Of a stretch of DNA of 64,000 nucleotides, positions 10,359-18,854 are shown in pieces. The DNA is taken from contig CBDIID010000003.1 in NCBI GenBank assembly GCA_965279515.1, positions 832,001 to 896,000 on the forward strand, written 5' to 3'. The notes under the pieces were generated by a model that saw only the letters and a program-made list of their open reading frames with translations, was not told the origin of the DNA and did no database searches. Origin of the DNA: Turneriella sp. (GTDB lineage Bacteria > Spirochaetota > Leptospiria > Turneriellales > Turneriellaceae). Numbering within the stretch: position 1 is the first letter of the stretch; each line of letters opens with the position of its first letter. The translations under genes and the position numbers were made by a program.

Positions 10359-11159
10359 GTGTTCGATGCGTCACAGATATTTTCGGCAAAGGAAGCCTTC
10401 GATCACCGTCGTATATCCAAAATCATTGCCGCGGGTGGCGACATCATCGCTGCGCTTGCTCCGCTCATTGTCTATGAGAATAACCACCTGATGGTGATCT
10501 TCAAACCAGCGGGCTGGCTTTCACAGAGTGATGAGACAGGTGATCTTTCCGTGAATGAAATCTTTGCCGCCTACCTCAAGGTAAAATACCAAAAACCCGG
10601 CAATGTGTTTTGCGCCGCTGTGCAGCGCCTCGACCGCCCCGCCTCAGGGCTCATGCTGCTCGCACGCACCTCGAAGGCGGCGGCGCGGCTGTCGGAGGAA
10701 ATCCGCGAGCGGCAGCTGGAGAAACGCTACCGGGTACTGACAGAGAAGGCGTTGCCGGGCATCGACGCCCCGGGTAAGCGAGGGGTGCTCATTGCCGATA
10801 TGCAAAAGATCAATCGCCTGGCCCAGAGAGCCGACCCCAAACGGCGCGTGCAGCCCGATGCTGAAAAATCTTCGCAATATATGCTGAACGCCCGGCTGGT
10901 GCACAGGGGGAAATCCGCCTATGCCTATGAAGTCTCGATCGAGACCGGAAAGTTTCACCAGATACGCGCGCTTTTTGCCGCGCACGGTGCCCCGCTCATC
11001 GGCGATGTCAAGTACGGGGGCCGGCGTCCCGGCGCCGGGGGCCATAACATCGCGCTTGTGGCGAGCTATCTGCGCTTCACACATCCGACGTTAAAGACGC
11101 CGCAAATCTTCTACCTCGGCGATGATTTCCTGGAAACGCTCGAAACATACTTTATTTGA
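10359..11159 (+). CDS. RluA-family RNA pseudouridine synthase
   Basis: KPAG, QRLDRPASG (catalytic Asp), TGKFHQIR, PLIGDVKYG; start uncertain. Confidence 0.9.
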   Translation: MFDASQIFSAKEAFDHRRISKIIAAGGDIIAALAPLIVYENNHLMVIFKPAGWLSQSDETGDLSVNEIFAAYLKVKYQKPGNVFCAAVQRLDRPASGLMLLARTSKAAARLSEEIRERQLEKRYRVLTEKALPGIDAPGKRGVLIADMQKINRLAQRADPKRRVQPDAEKSSQYMLNARLVHRGKSAYAYEVSIETGKFHQIRALFAAHGAPLIGDVKYGGRRPGAGGHNIALVASYLRFTHPTLKTPQIFYLGDDFLETLETYFI

Positions 11160-11190
11160 CGCTATGTCGTCTCACCGTGCTCTAAAATGA

Positions 11191-13665
11191 GTGCGAGGGC
11201 GGTTTTTGGCGTTGGGTGGGATCGCCTGCTTTCTGGCAATTTTCCTGTTGATCCACGCGTCCACCCTGGCAGCGCAGGATACCGACAAACCCAAATCAGG
11301 CAGTGCGATTGAAATTATCCGCGCTTCGGAAGCCGAATACGTCACTGTGGCCGAAGGCGATGAAGGAATTTTCATCATGCGCGGCGGCATCATTCTGCGC
11401 TCGGGAAAAACCTTTCTGCGCGCCGAAACGGTGAAAATGAACACCAAGACCGGGGAGATCTTCGGCGAGGGCAAAGTATCCTTTGAATCCGAAGAGAGCC
11501 GGCTCACCGGTGAAAAGTTCTATTACGACAACAACCATAATGCCGGCGTCGTTTATTCCTCGCGCGCTGCTGCCCTGCCATTCTTCCTCTCGGGCAGTGT
11601 GATTAAGCAGGTTGAGGCAAACCGCTACATTGCCCGCGATGCCTTTTTTACCACCTGCGATGCAAAATACCCGCACTATTACTTTAAGGCAAAGAAACTC
11701 TGGCTCTATAAGAACAACGAACTTGCCGCTATTTCCGCAGTCTATTATGTCGGGCAAACGCCGGTATTTTACTGGCCACTGATCCTACAGTCGGACACCG
11801 GGACCGGGATCGTCACGCAGTACGGGAATAACATCACGCGCGGACATTTTCTGCAAAACACCTGGAACTTTTCGAACCCGCTGTCTCAGGGTAGCTGGTG
11901 GCAACCCCAGAAAGGCAAGCTGATGTTTGACTGGTATCAGAAATCAGGCTATCTGCTGGGACTCAATGTCAGCCGCAACAGCGAAGCCCTGAAATATAAT
12001 TTTGATACGGCGATTGCAAACTACAAACAGCGCGAAACCAATGCAGACGGCACCGTGACAAACCAGGTCAGGCAACCCGACGGCAGCTACGGAACCACTG
12101 AGTATTTATGGTATAAGGTGAAAGCGGATATCAAAGCGAACTTACATAAGTCGCAGGCCGACGATTCTGTGACCTCGGCATACGTGCGCTTCGAACACTA
12201 TAAACACCGGAACTTTGCCCTTGAATTCGGGGAACGTTATGAACCCGATTTAACGCTCAACGCGCTGTACCGCCCCCGCTTCGGACAACAAAATACCTCC
12301 GGTTATTCTTTGAACTGGGAAACCGGGGTTGCTTATACCAGCAAGGACACACAGATTTCCGTGCGTGCACAGCGGCAGTTGTCATGGTACCAGGCAGTAC
12401 CTGATTCGGATTCTAAGTACGCGCCGGTCTATGACCTGACCCCGGAAATCATGTTTTCGAACCGCATGTACCTGATGCGAGGCGGCGAAGGTTTTTTTAA
12501 GGGCATCGTAAACCGCATCCAGATGACCACGCAATACAGCCGCTACTACAAGGACATCACCTCGACCCCGGTCAAAGAATTTCTGCGAAATGAGGGTTTC
12601 GACCAGGTGAACTTCTATTTCAGTTTTTTACCCTGGATTAACCTGATTCCCTCGGCGGGGGTCGGTGTTTTACATAGTTACACCGACCAGGACGACGCCG
12701 CATTACAGCGCGAACTGGCGCGGCAAAGTTATGGCTACATTTTCACGACCGATACGCTGCGCATCGGCTATCCGTTTCTGTACGCACAGGGTATTTACAC
12801 ACAGCGCTATTCATTCGCCGACCGCGGGCCTGACCTGACCTTCGGCCACAACCGTATGCAGGCAGTCACAACCTCCGTTGTTTCCGACTTAAACCCGTAC
12901 GCGCTCCTTTCTTTCACGGCGACACGCGATCTCAGGACCTATCCCAATGCCCTGACCGAACGCGAACGCTGGTCAGACCTGGTGGCGCGCACGCAGGCGG
13001 ATTACGACTTTATCCGGGGCTTTACGGTGAATCTCTATGGCCTGGGCCAGCGGAAATATAATCACTTTAACGGCATCGGTGTGCTCGATACGGCGACGTA
13101 TTCCATCCAGTACGACACGATGAATACCAACGATTTCCAGTTTTATTACCGCCTCGGCGGTTACCGCCTGCCGCTGATACGCGAGCTGACACTTTTTAAG
13201 ATTACATCAACCTACCGTCATAATTTTATCAATATCGCGGAATCCAATCTGCGGCTCGGCTTCGAAACCGACGTGTTGCTGCATGACTACTGGCGGTTGC
13301 GTTTTGCCTTGAACGCCCTCGCCGATCAATTCGAACGCTACCAGCCCGGCAACCCGGCTTACGTTCCGTTCTTTGACGATGCGGTAAAATCTCTCAACCC
13401 GTTCGACTCGAACGCCCGCACGAACCGTGTGCTCAACCTCGAAAGTTTTTTCGTCGGTTTGGAGCATGACCTGCATAAGTGGCTTTTCCGTATTACATTC
13501 TCATCGCAGCGGCGGACGATTTTTACCGGCGCCATCGGCCGCGACCGCACCAGTTTTCTCGAACAAACGATTTATATCAGTTTTACGCTAAAAGACATGC
13601 AGGGTTTCGGGCTCCCCTACACCGAAGTCTACCGCTACAACCCGACCGACGCCGGCATCAGGTAA
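11191..13665 (+). CDS. lptD: LPS-assembly outer-membrane protein, LptD/OstA-like
   Basis: Signal peptide, beta-jellyroll region with FTTCD...PHY and PVFYWP, aromatic-rich beta-barrel C-terminus. Confidence 0.7.
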   Translation: MRGRFLALGGIACFLAIFLLIHASTLAAQDTDKPKSGSAIEIIRASEAEYVTVAEGDEGIFIMRGGIILRSGKTFLRAETVKMNTKTGEIFGEGKVSFESEESRLTGEKFYYDNNHNAGVVYSSRAAALPFFLSGSVIKQVEANRYIARDAFFTTCDAKYPHYYFKAKKLWLYKNNELAAISAVYYVGQTPVFYWPLILQSDTGTGIVTQYGNNITRGHFLQNTWNFSNPLSQGSWWQPQKGKLMFDWYQKSGYLLGLNVSRNSEALKYNFDTAIANYKQRETNADGTVTNQVRQPDGSYGTTEYLWYKVKADIKANLHKSQADDSVTSAYVRFEHYKHRNFALEFGERYEPDLTLNALYRPRFGQQNTSGYSLNWETGVAYTSKDTQISVRAQRQLSWYQAVPDSDSKYAPVYDLTPEIMFSNRMYLMRGGEGFFKGIVNRIQMTTQYSRYYKDITSTPVKEFLRNEGFDQVNFYFSFLPWINLIPSAGVGVLHSYTDQDDAALQRELARQSYGYIFTTDTLRIGYPFLYAQGIYTQRYSFADRGPDLTFGHNRMQAVTTSVVSDLNPYALLSFTATRDLRTYPNALTERERWSDLVARTQADYDFIRGFTVNLYGLGQRKYNHFNGIGVLDTATYSIQYDTMNTNDFQFYYRLGGYRLPLIRELTLFKITSTYRHNFINIAESNLRLGFETDVLLHDYWRLRFALNALADQFERYQPGNPAYVPFFDDAVKSLNPFDSNARTNRVLNLESFFVGLEHDLHKWLFRITFSSQRRTIFTGAIGRDRTSFLEQTIYISFTLKDMQGFGLPYTEVYRYNPTDAGIR

Positions 13666-15298
13666 TTTCAAGGGAAAAATCGGCCGGCTCGATCGTATTG
13701 GTGATCGAACCCAGGCTAACAAAATCAACGCCTGTGTCTTTCAGACGGTCGAGCGTCGTTATGTTGAAGCCACCCGATGCCTCAGCGGTAATTTTTGTCA
13801 CCTGGTTTTTATTGGCAGCACGGATACGGCGCATCGCCTCGCCCATGGTTTTTGCGTCCATATTATCGAGCAGCACCATATCGGGTTTGAGTGGCAGTGC
13901 TTCATCGAGCTGCTCCAGCGTATCGACCTCGATCTCCAGCGGGACAAACGGTGCATGGCGGCGGAAGGCGAGAATCGCGGCAGCTACAGAGCCGGCCTGG
14001 GCAATATGGTTATCCTTAATCAGGCCCATTTCTGAAAGATCGTGGCGGTGGTTGAGGCCACCACCTTTCACAACAGCGTATTTCGAAAGCACCCGCAGCA
14101 TCGGAATGGTTTTGCGCGTATCGAGCACCCGCACACCGTAAGGACGCACAAGATCAGCCACGCGGCGCGTGCGTGTGGCAATCGCGCTCATAAAAGCGAT
14201 GAAATTGAGGGCGACGCGTTCCCCGCGCAAGATGGTGCGGATATCACCCTGAAATTTCATGATGGTATCGCCAGCCTTAAGGACATCGCCATCGGCGGCT
14301 TCGAGTTTTACTTCAATACCGGGCTCAAAATAACGGAAGGTATGCTCGGCGAGTTTGACGCCGCAAAGCACGCAATCCCCCTTTACAAAAATTCTCGCCG
14401 ATGCCCTGGCCGCTGAAGTGAAAATCGCCTGCGTGGTGATGTCAGCCGAAGCCTTATCTTCAGCGAGCGCATAACGCACCGCGCGGCCGATTTCAAAATC
14501 GGTGAGTACAGGAATATTCGAGGCATAGACGGGCCTGAGGCCATCGCGCTGCGTGTGCGAGGTATACTCAAAGCCCTGGGCGAGCACCTGGCTTGCGTAA
14601 TACTGCAGGATAGCGAGATCGTTCTGCGTGAAAAACTGCAGGATCTCCCCCTCAGCCTCCGCCGCCTTTTTATCGTGGATCAACCGCACCAGGGTGCGGT
14701 ACACAGAGATTGCACTCTGCATGTTCCAGAAGTTTTTATTGAATGCGAGCACCGAGTCGAGGTAATCGCGTTTGATGCGGTTGAGCACAAACCGCGCCGT
14801 CGTAAAGCGTGACAGGTTTGCGATCTCGAGAAAAAACTCAAACTCCGTTTCGTGAAAACTCACCCAGTCCCAGGACTGATTATCGCTGAGGTCCTGCAGT
14901 TCATCCAGCCGTTCATCGATTCTTTCAAAAGTTTTACGCCCACGGCCGTCGTCTTTCCAGTTCTGCGCCGCCTTGTAGATAATCGCCGCGGTAAAATAAC
15001 GCCGCATCTCGAGAAATTCGGCGAGCAAGTCGGGATGCACCGGCTTTTCGTCGGACGGCCCGTGTTCAAAAGCGGAACGGATGGCTTTCAGGTTTTCCGC
15101 CGAAACAATGCGCAGCGTAATGAGCGCGGGGATAAGGCTCCAGCCGATATGGCGTTCTTTCGCGCGGTCGCGAACATAACTCACAACCTGGCGGAAGAGC
15201 TGTTGCCCGCTTTGCTGTAATTGCGCGTCGGGCTTTTTGTTGCGCCTTAAACCCGAAAACAGGGGGAGGAGTTTTCCCTTTTTTTTATCCCGTGCCAT
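13658..15298 (-). CDS. nadC: Quinolinate phosphoribosyltransferase NadC with ~260 aa N-terminal extension
   Basis: ALAED...DITT, ERVALNF, DTRKT, HRHDL, IKDNH, EIEVD, LLDNM, EASGG in the C-terminal ~280 aa. Confidence 0.93.
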   Translation of the reverse strand: MARDKKKGKLLPLFSGLRRNKKPDAQLQQSGQQLFRQVVSYVRDRAKERHIGWSLIPALITLRIVSAENLKAIRSAFEHGPSDEKPVHPDLLAEFLEMRRYFTAAIIYKAAQNWKDDGRGRKTFERIDERLDELQDLSDNQSWDWVSFHETEFEFFLEIANLSRFTTARFVLNRIKRDYLDSVLAFNKNFWNMQSAISVYRTLVRLIHDKKAAEAEGEILQFFTQNDLAILQYYASQVLAQGFEYTSHTQRDGLRPVYASNIPVLTDFEIGRAVRYALAEDKASADITTQAIFTSAARASARIFVKGDCVLCGVKLAEHTFRYFEPGIEVKLEAADGDVLKAGDTIMKFQGDIRTILRGERVALNFIAFMSAIATRTRRVADLVRPYGVRVLDTRKTIPMLRVLSKYAVVKGGGLNHRHDLSEMGLIKDNHIAQAGSVAAAILAFRRHAPFVPLEIEVDTLEQLDEALPLKPDMVLLDNMDAKTMGEAMRRIRAANKNQVTKITAEASGGFNITTLDRLKDTGVDFVSLGSITNTIEPADFSLEIT

Positions 15299-15313
15299 GC
15301 TGGTGTCCCGGAA

Positions 15314-16135
15314 TTATTCCCCATTTTTGGAGAGCGTCAGGTCCCACAGGTGCGACGGCTTAATATTACCCAGTGCCGCTTTCGCAGAATCCATCAGCAC
15401 CGGGTTCTTTGCCATTTCGTCAGAGATCAGGCGTTTGATGCGGGCACGCTGCAACCCTTCCTGGTTGTTGCAGAGATTACAGGGAAGAATCGGGAAACGC
15501 AATGTTTCGGCCAGACCTGCGAGCGTGACTTCGTTGACGGCGATCAGGGGGCGAATGACCACACTGCGGCCATCGTCACTCGTCAGGCGCGGCGGCATCG
15601 CGGCGAGCTTGCCGCTGTAAAAAAGATTCATGAGCAGTGTTTCCAGCGCGTCGTTTGCGTGGTGCCCAAGCGCTATCTTCGTGGCGCCGAGCCGTGCGGC
15701 TTCGTCGTATAAAATACCACGCCGCAGGCGCGAGCAGAGTGAACAGAATGTTTTTCCCGCGGGGATCTTATCGACAACGATCGAATAGGTGTCGCGCTCG
15801 CCGATATGGTATTCGACACCAATCTCTTCATAATAGGCAATAAGCGCACTGGCATCGAAACCCGGCTGTTTCTGGTCGAGAGTATAGGCAAAAACGGAGA
15901 AATCCACCGGCGCCTTAGCCTGAAGGTCGAGCAGAATATGCAACAACGCATGCGAATCTTTGCCACCGGAAACAGCGACCATCACCCGGTCACCTTCGTG
16001 GATTAAGCCGTAATCGGCGATGACCCGCCCAGTGTCATGGAGAATGTCTTTGTAGGTTTTACGGAAGTCGGATGGAATCTTTCTCAGGCGATGCCGAACC
16101 GGTACGTCTGAAAGCGTCGGAACTTCGCCCTGCAT
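15314..16135 (-). CDS. ttcA: tRNA 2-thiocytidine(32) synthetase TtcA
   Basis: SGGKDS PP-loop, CSLCSRLRRG, LGHHAND, IRPL, PCNLC. Confidence 0.95.
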   Translation of the reverse strand: MQGEVPTLSDVPVRHRLRKIPSDFRKTYKDILHDTGRVIADYGLIHEGDRVMVAVSGGKDSHALLHILLDLQAKAPVDFSVFAYTLDQKQPGFDASALIAYYEEIGVEYHIGERDTYSIVVDKIPAGKTFCSLCSRLRRGILYDEAARLGATKIALGHHANDALETLLMNLFYSGKLAAMPPRLTSDDGRSVVIRPLIAVNEVTLAGLAETLRFPILPCNLCNNQEGLQRARIKRLISDEMAKNPVLMDSAKAALGNIKPSHLWDLTLSKNGE

Positions 16136-16142
16136 AGCTGGT

Positions 16143-16562
16143 TCATGCCGGGGACAGGCCGACGCGGTTTCTGCATTTTGTAGTGAAACCTAAAATACGC
16201 ACTTCACCTGAGCGCGATTCGAGATATTGTTTCATTGTGAGACCGAGATATAAAAGAGCGAGCAGCGAGCGACCAATGCCGAGAACCATAGGCCGCGAGC
16301 TCAAAAACAGGGAATCGAGCGTCTGCAGCAGGATCATCCCAAGCATATAGCCGCTGAAAAAGACCAGGGACTGGAAGGCCGTTTCAAAATGCCGCGTTCC
16401 CGGAGCATAACGCCACAGGCCGATGATAAAGCCGATCAGCGCAGGCCCCGCAATGAGAAATTTTTCCAGCTCGGGCCAGATTCTGTCCCGGAAAAAGCTA
16501 ACCTTCTCGTTCTTGAGCGCCGCTTCTGTCAGCCGCGTTTTCTGGTCCCCGAGAAATCCCAC
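16143..16562 (-). CDS. Hypothetical membrane protein
   Basis: 139 aa with about three hydrophobic segments; abuts flanking genes on the same strand. Confidence 0.6.
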   Translation of the reverse strand: MGFLGDQKTRLTEAALKNEKVSFFRDRIWPELEKFLIAGPALIGFIIGLWRYAPGTRHFETAFQSLVFFSGYMLGMILLQTLDSLFLSSRPMVLGIGRSLLALLYLGLTMKQYLESRSGEVRILGFTTKCRNRVGLSPA

Positions 16563-17456
16563 TTATTTATCCAGGTGAACCGCGTCGCCCTTATCTGCGC
16601 CGGCCTTCGCCGCCGTTGCCTTAACCTTGGAGTGCAGTACTTCTTTAACAGTGGCTGCGATCTCTCCGCTGGAAGTTTTGATTTTCAGTTTTGAGCCGAC
16701 TGCCAAATCACCGATACCCTTGCCGGTAATCACGAGCTTCTTGCCTTCGGCGCTGAATACCTTACCCACGAGTTTGCCCAGTGCTTTTTTCTCTGCGCCG
16801 GAGAGCAGCGCTATGGTGCGCTTAAACTCGTCAGCACGGTAAGTTCCGTTTGCCTTCTCGCTCTCTTTTGCGAGTGTGAGCGCAGTCTTTTTCGAAGAAG
16901 TCTCGGCAGCTTTACTCGCGCCGGCGTCTAAAAGTACTTTCACAGTCTTGTCGTAGCCTTGCTGTGCCGCAAGCATAAGCGCCGTTACACCGTTGTTATC
17001 CGCATCAGCGACTTTAGCGCCTTTGCTGATAAGATATTGAACGATCTCTGTTTTGCCATGATAAGCAGAACGCATCAGCAGTGTTCTGCCCTGGCGCGTG
17101 CGCGCATTGAGGTCGGCCTTTTGTGAAGCCAGGTATTTCAGAACGCCGAGGTGCCCGTTATCCGCAGCACCCATCGCCGCAGTCCATCCGCCGCTGCTGC
17201 TGGTCTTGTTCACGTCTGCACCCGCTTCAACCAGGGCTTTTACGGCCTTGTCATAATTACCTGTCGCCGCGATACCCAGGTAGTGGCCGTAATAACTGCC
17301 CCCGTTCGGGTTCGCGCCGGCCTTAACGGCAGCTTTGACCTGCGCAGCGTCATTGGCGTAAATCGCCGATTCGAGTTGCTCGGTCGGGCTTTTTTGTTGC
17401 GCGAATAAAGTCGTAGTGAGGATAAAAACAGCGGAAAAAACAAGTCTCTTTAACAT
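16563..17456 (-). CDS. Exported ankyrin-repeat protein with small C-terminal beta domain
   Basis: Signal peptide; repeats such as GVTALMLAAQQG, LVEAGADVN. Confidence 0.88.
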   Translation of the reverse strand: MLKRLVFSAVFILTTTLFAQQKSPTEQLESAIYANDAAQVKAAVKAGANPNGGSYYGHYLGIAATGNYDKAVKALVEAGADVNKTSSSGGWTAAMGAADNGHLGVLKYLASQKADLNARTRQGRTLLMRSAYHGKTEIVQYLISKGAKVADADNNGVTALMLAAQQGYDKTVKVLLDAGASKAAETSSKKTALTLAKESEKANGTYRADEFKRTIALLSGAEKKALGKLVGKVFSAEGKKLVITGKGIGDLAVGSKLKIKTSSGEIAATVKEVLHSKVKATAAKAGADKGDAVHLDK

Positions 17457-17525
17457 AAGTGCGGATCGCCTATGTGCGACAGGCTTTCAACCGGATTTCC
17501 ATCCGCCGTTACCCGCTTTAATGCC

Positions 17526-18854
17526 CTAAGCGCCGAAGATTTTCTGCGTTTCAGGGCTCACCGGCACCTCTTCAGCGAGGAAGGCCTTCTGCAGAAATGC
17601 CCCGGTATCATGCTGTTCTGCGGCCGTAATGGTAGCCGATGGCGCAGCTTTAGCTGCCGGCATCTCGGCCGCGCGCGGCGCAGCCGTATCATCGAAACTT
17701 TTTCCCGTCTCGATCGCTGTCTTCAGCCTTTCGATTTTCTGCACCAGCGCGCTCACCGACGGTTCCTTAAGCTTTTGCACGAGATCGACGAGCGCGATTT
17801 CGAGCGCCATCTTGAGTTCACTGCTTTTCGCCGAAAGCATCTGCGAAAAATCCTGGTTGAGTTTAAATAGCTGCTGGAAAACGCGGATCAATGCATGGCG
17901 ATCCCATTCGGCAGCACGTTCAGCGATCTGCGCGATGTCGTCTTTCGACAAGGAATGCACCTCGACCTTCTCAGCAACCAGCACCAGCGCGCGCAGGTAG
18001 GCCAGCAGGTCCTTGAGGAATACCCGCAGGTTCGCCCCGCCCTGTGTGAGTTCATGGATGGCGTTGAGAATTGTGTGCAAGTCGCCCGTTCTCAGCCCCG
18101 CGACGAATTTATTGTATACCTCGATCGGCAAGATATCGAGGGATTCGCGCACCGCGGCGATGGTGAGGGTATCTTGCCCCGAAAAAGCCAGGGTCTGGTC
18201 GAGCAAGGATATCGCATCGCGAAGCGAACCTTCGCCGCGTTCGGCAATCGGCAACAGCGCATCTTTTTCAAAGGCAATCTGTTCTTTTTCCAGGATATGC
18301 GCAAGGCGACCGGCAATCTCGCGCGCGTTGAACTTCTTGAAGGTGAAGACCTGGCAGCGCGAGGCGATCGTCTCGGGTATCTTGTGGAGTTCGGTCGTTG
18401 CCAGGATAAAGACAACGTGGTGCGGCGGCTCTTCGAGAGTCTTCAGGAGCGCATTGAATGATTCGACGGTGAGCATGTGCACCTCGTCGATGATATAGAC
18501 CTTGTAGCGCGATTTCATCGGCGCAAACACCGCTTGCGCCCTGAGCTCGCGGATGTTATCGATACCGCGGTTCGAAGCCGCATCGATTTCGATCACATCG
18601 GTTGAGCGCCCTTCAGAAATCTCGACACAGTGCTCGCAGACGTTGCAGAGCGTCGATGTAGGGCCATTCACGCAGTTAAGCGCCTTCGCGAGAATACGTG
18701 CCATGGTTGTCTTACCGACGCCCCGCGCGCCATGGAACAGATAGGCATGCCCGATCTTCTTAAAATCGAGCGCATTCTTCAGGCTCTGTGCGGCCGAGAG
18801 CTGGCCCACCAGATCTTCAAAGTTCTGCGGACGATAGCGCGTCGCCAAGCTCAT
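17526..18854 (-). CDS. dnaX: DNA polymerase III subunit gamma/tau
   Basis: RYRPQNF, GARGVGKTT, CNVCEHC, EIDAASNRG, IIDEVHML, LLKTLEEPP, SRC. Confidence 0.97.
   Translation of the reverse strand: MSLATRYRPQNFEDLVGQLSAAQSLKNALDFKKIGHAYLFHGARGVGKTTMARILAKALNCVNGPTSTLCNVCEHCVEISEGRSTDVIEIDAASNRGIDNIRELRAQAVFAPMKSRYKVYIIDEVHMLTVESFNALLKTLEEPPHHVVFILATTELHKIPETIASRCQVFTFKKFNAREIAGRLAHILEKEQIAFEKDALLPIAERGEGSLRDAISLLDQTLAFSGQDTLTIAAVRESLDILPIEVYNKFVAGLRTGDLHTILNAIHELTQGGANLRVFLKDLLAYLRALVLVAEKVEVHSLSKDDIAQIAERAAEWDRHALIRVFQQLFKLNQDFSQMLSAKSSELKMALEIALVDLVQKLKEPSVSALVQKIERLKTAIETGKSFDDTAAPRAAEMPAAKAAPSATITAAEQHDTGAFLQKAFLAEEVPVSPETQKIFGA

Noticed and set aside
17635..17669. gcagc-TAAA-gctgc hairpin (minus strand) in the dnaX C-terminal linker, resembling the repeat core
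   Set aside because: Explained by Ala-Ala-Lys-Ala-Ala codons; the rest of the junction is missing
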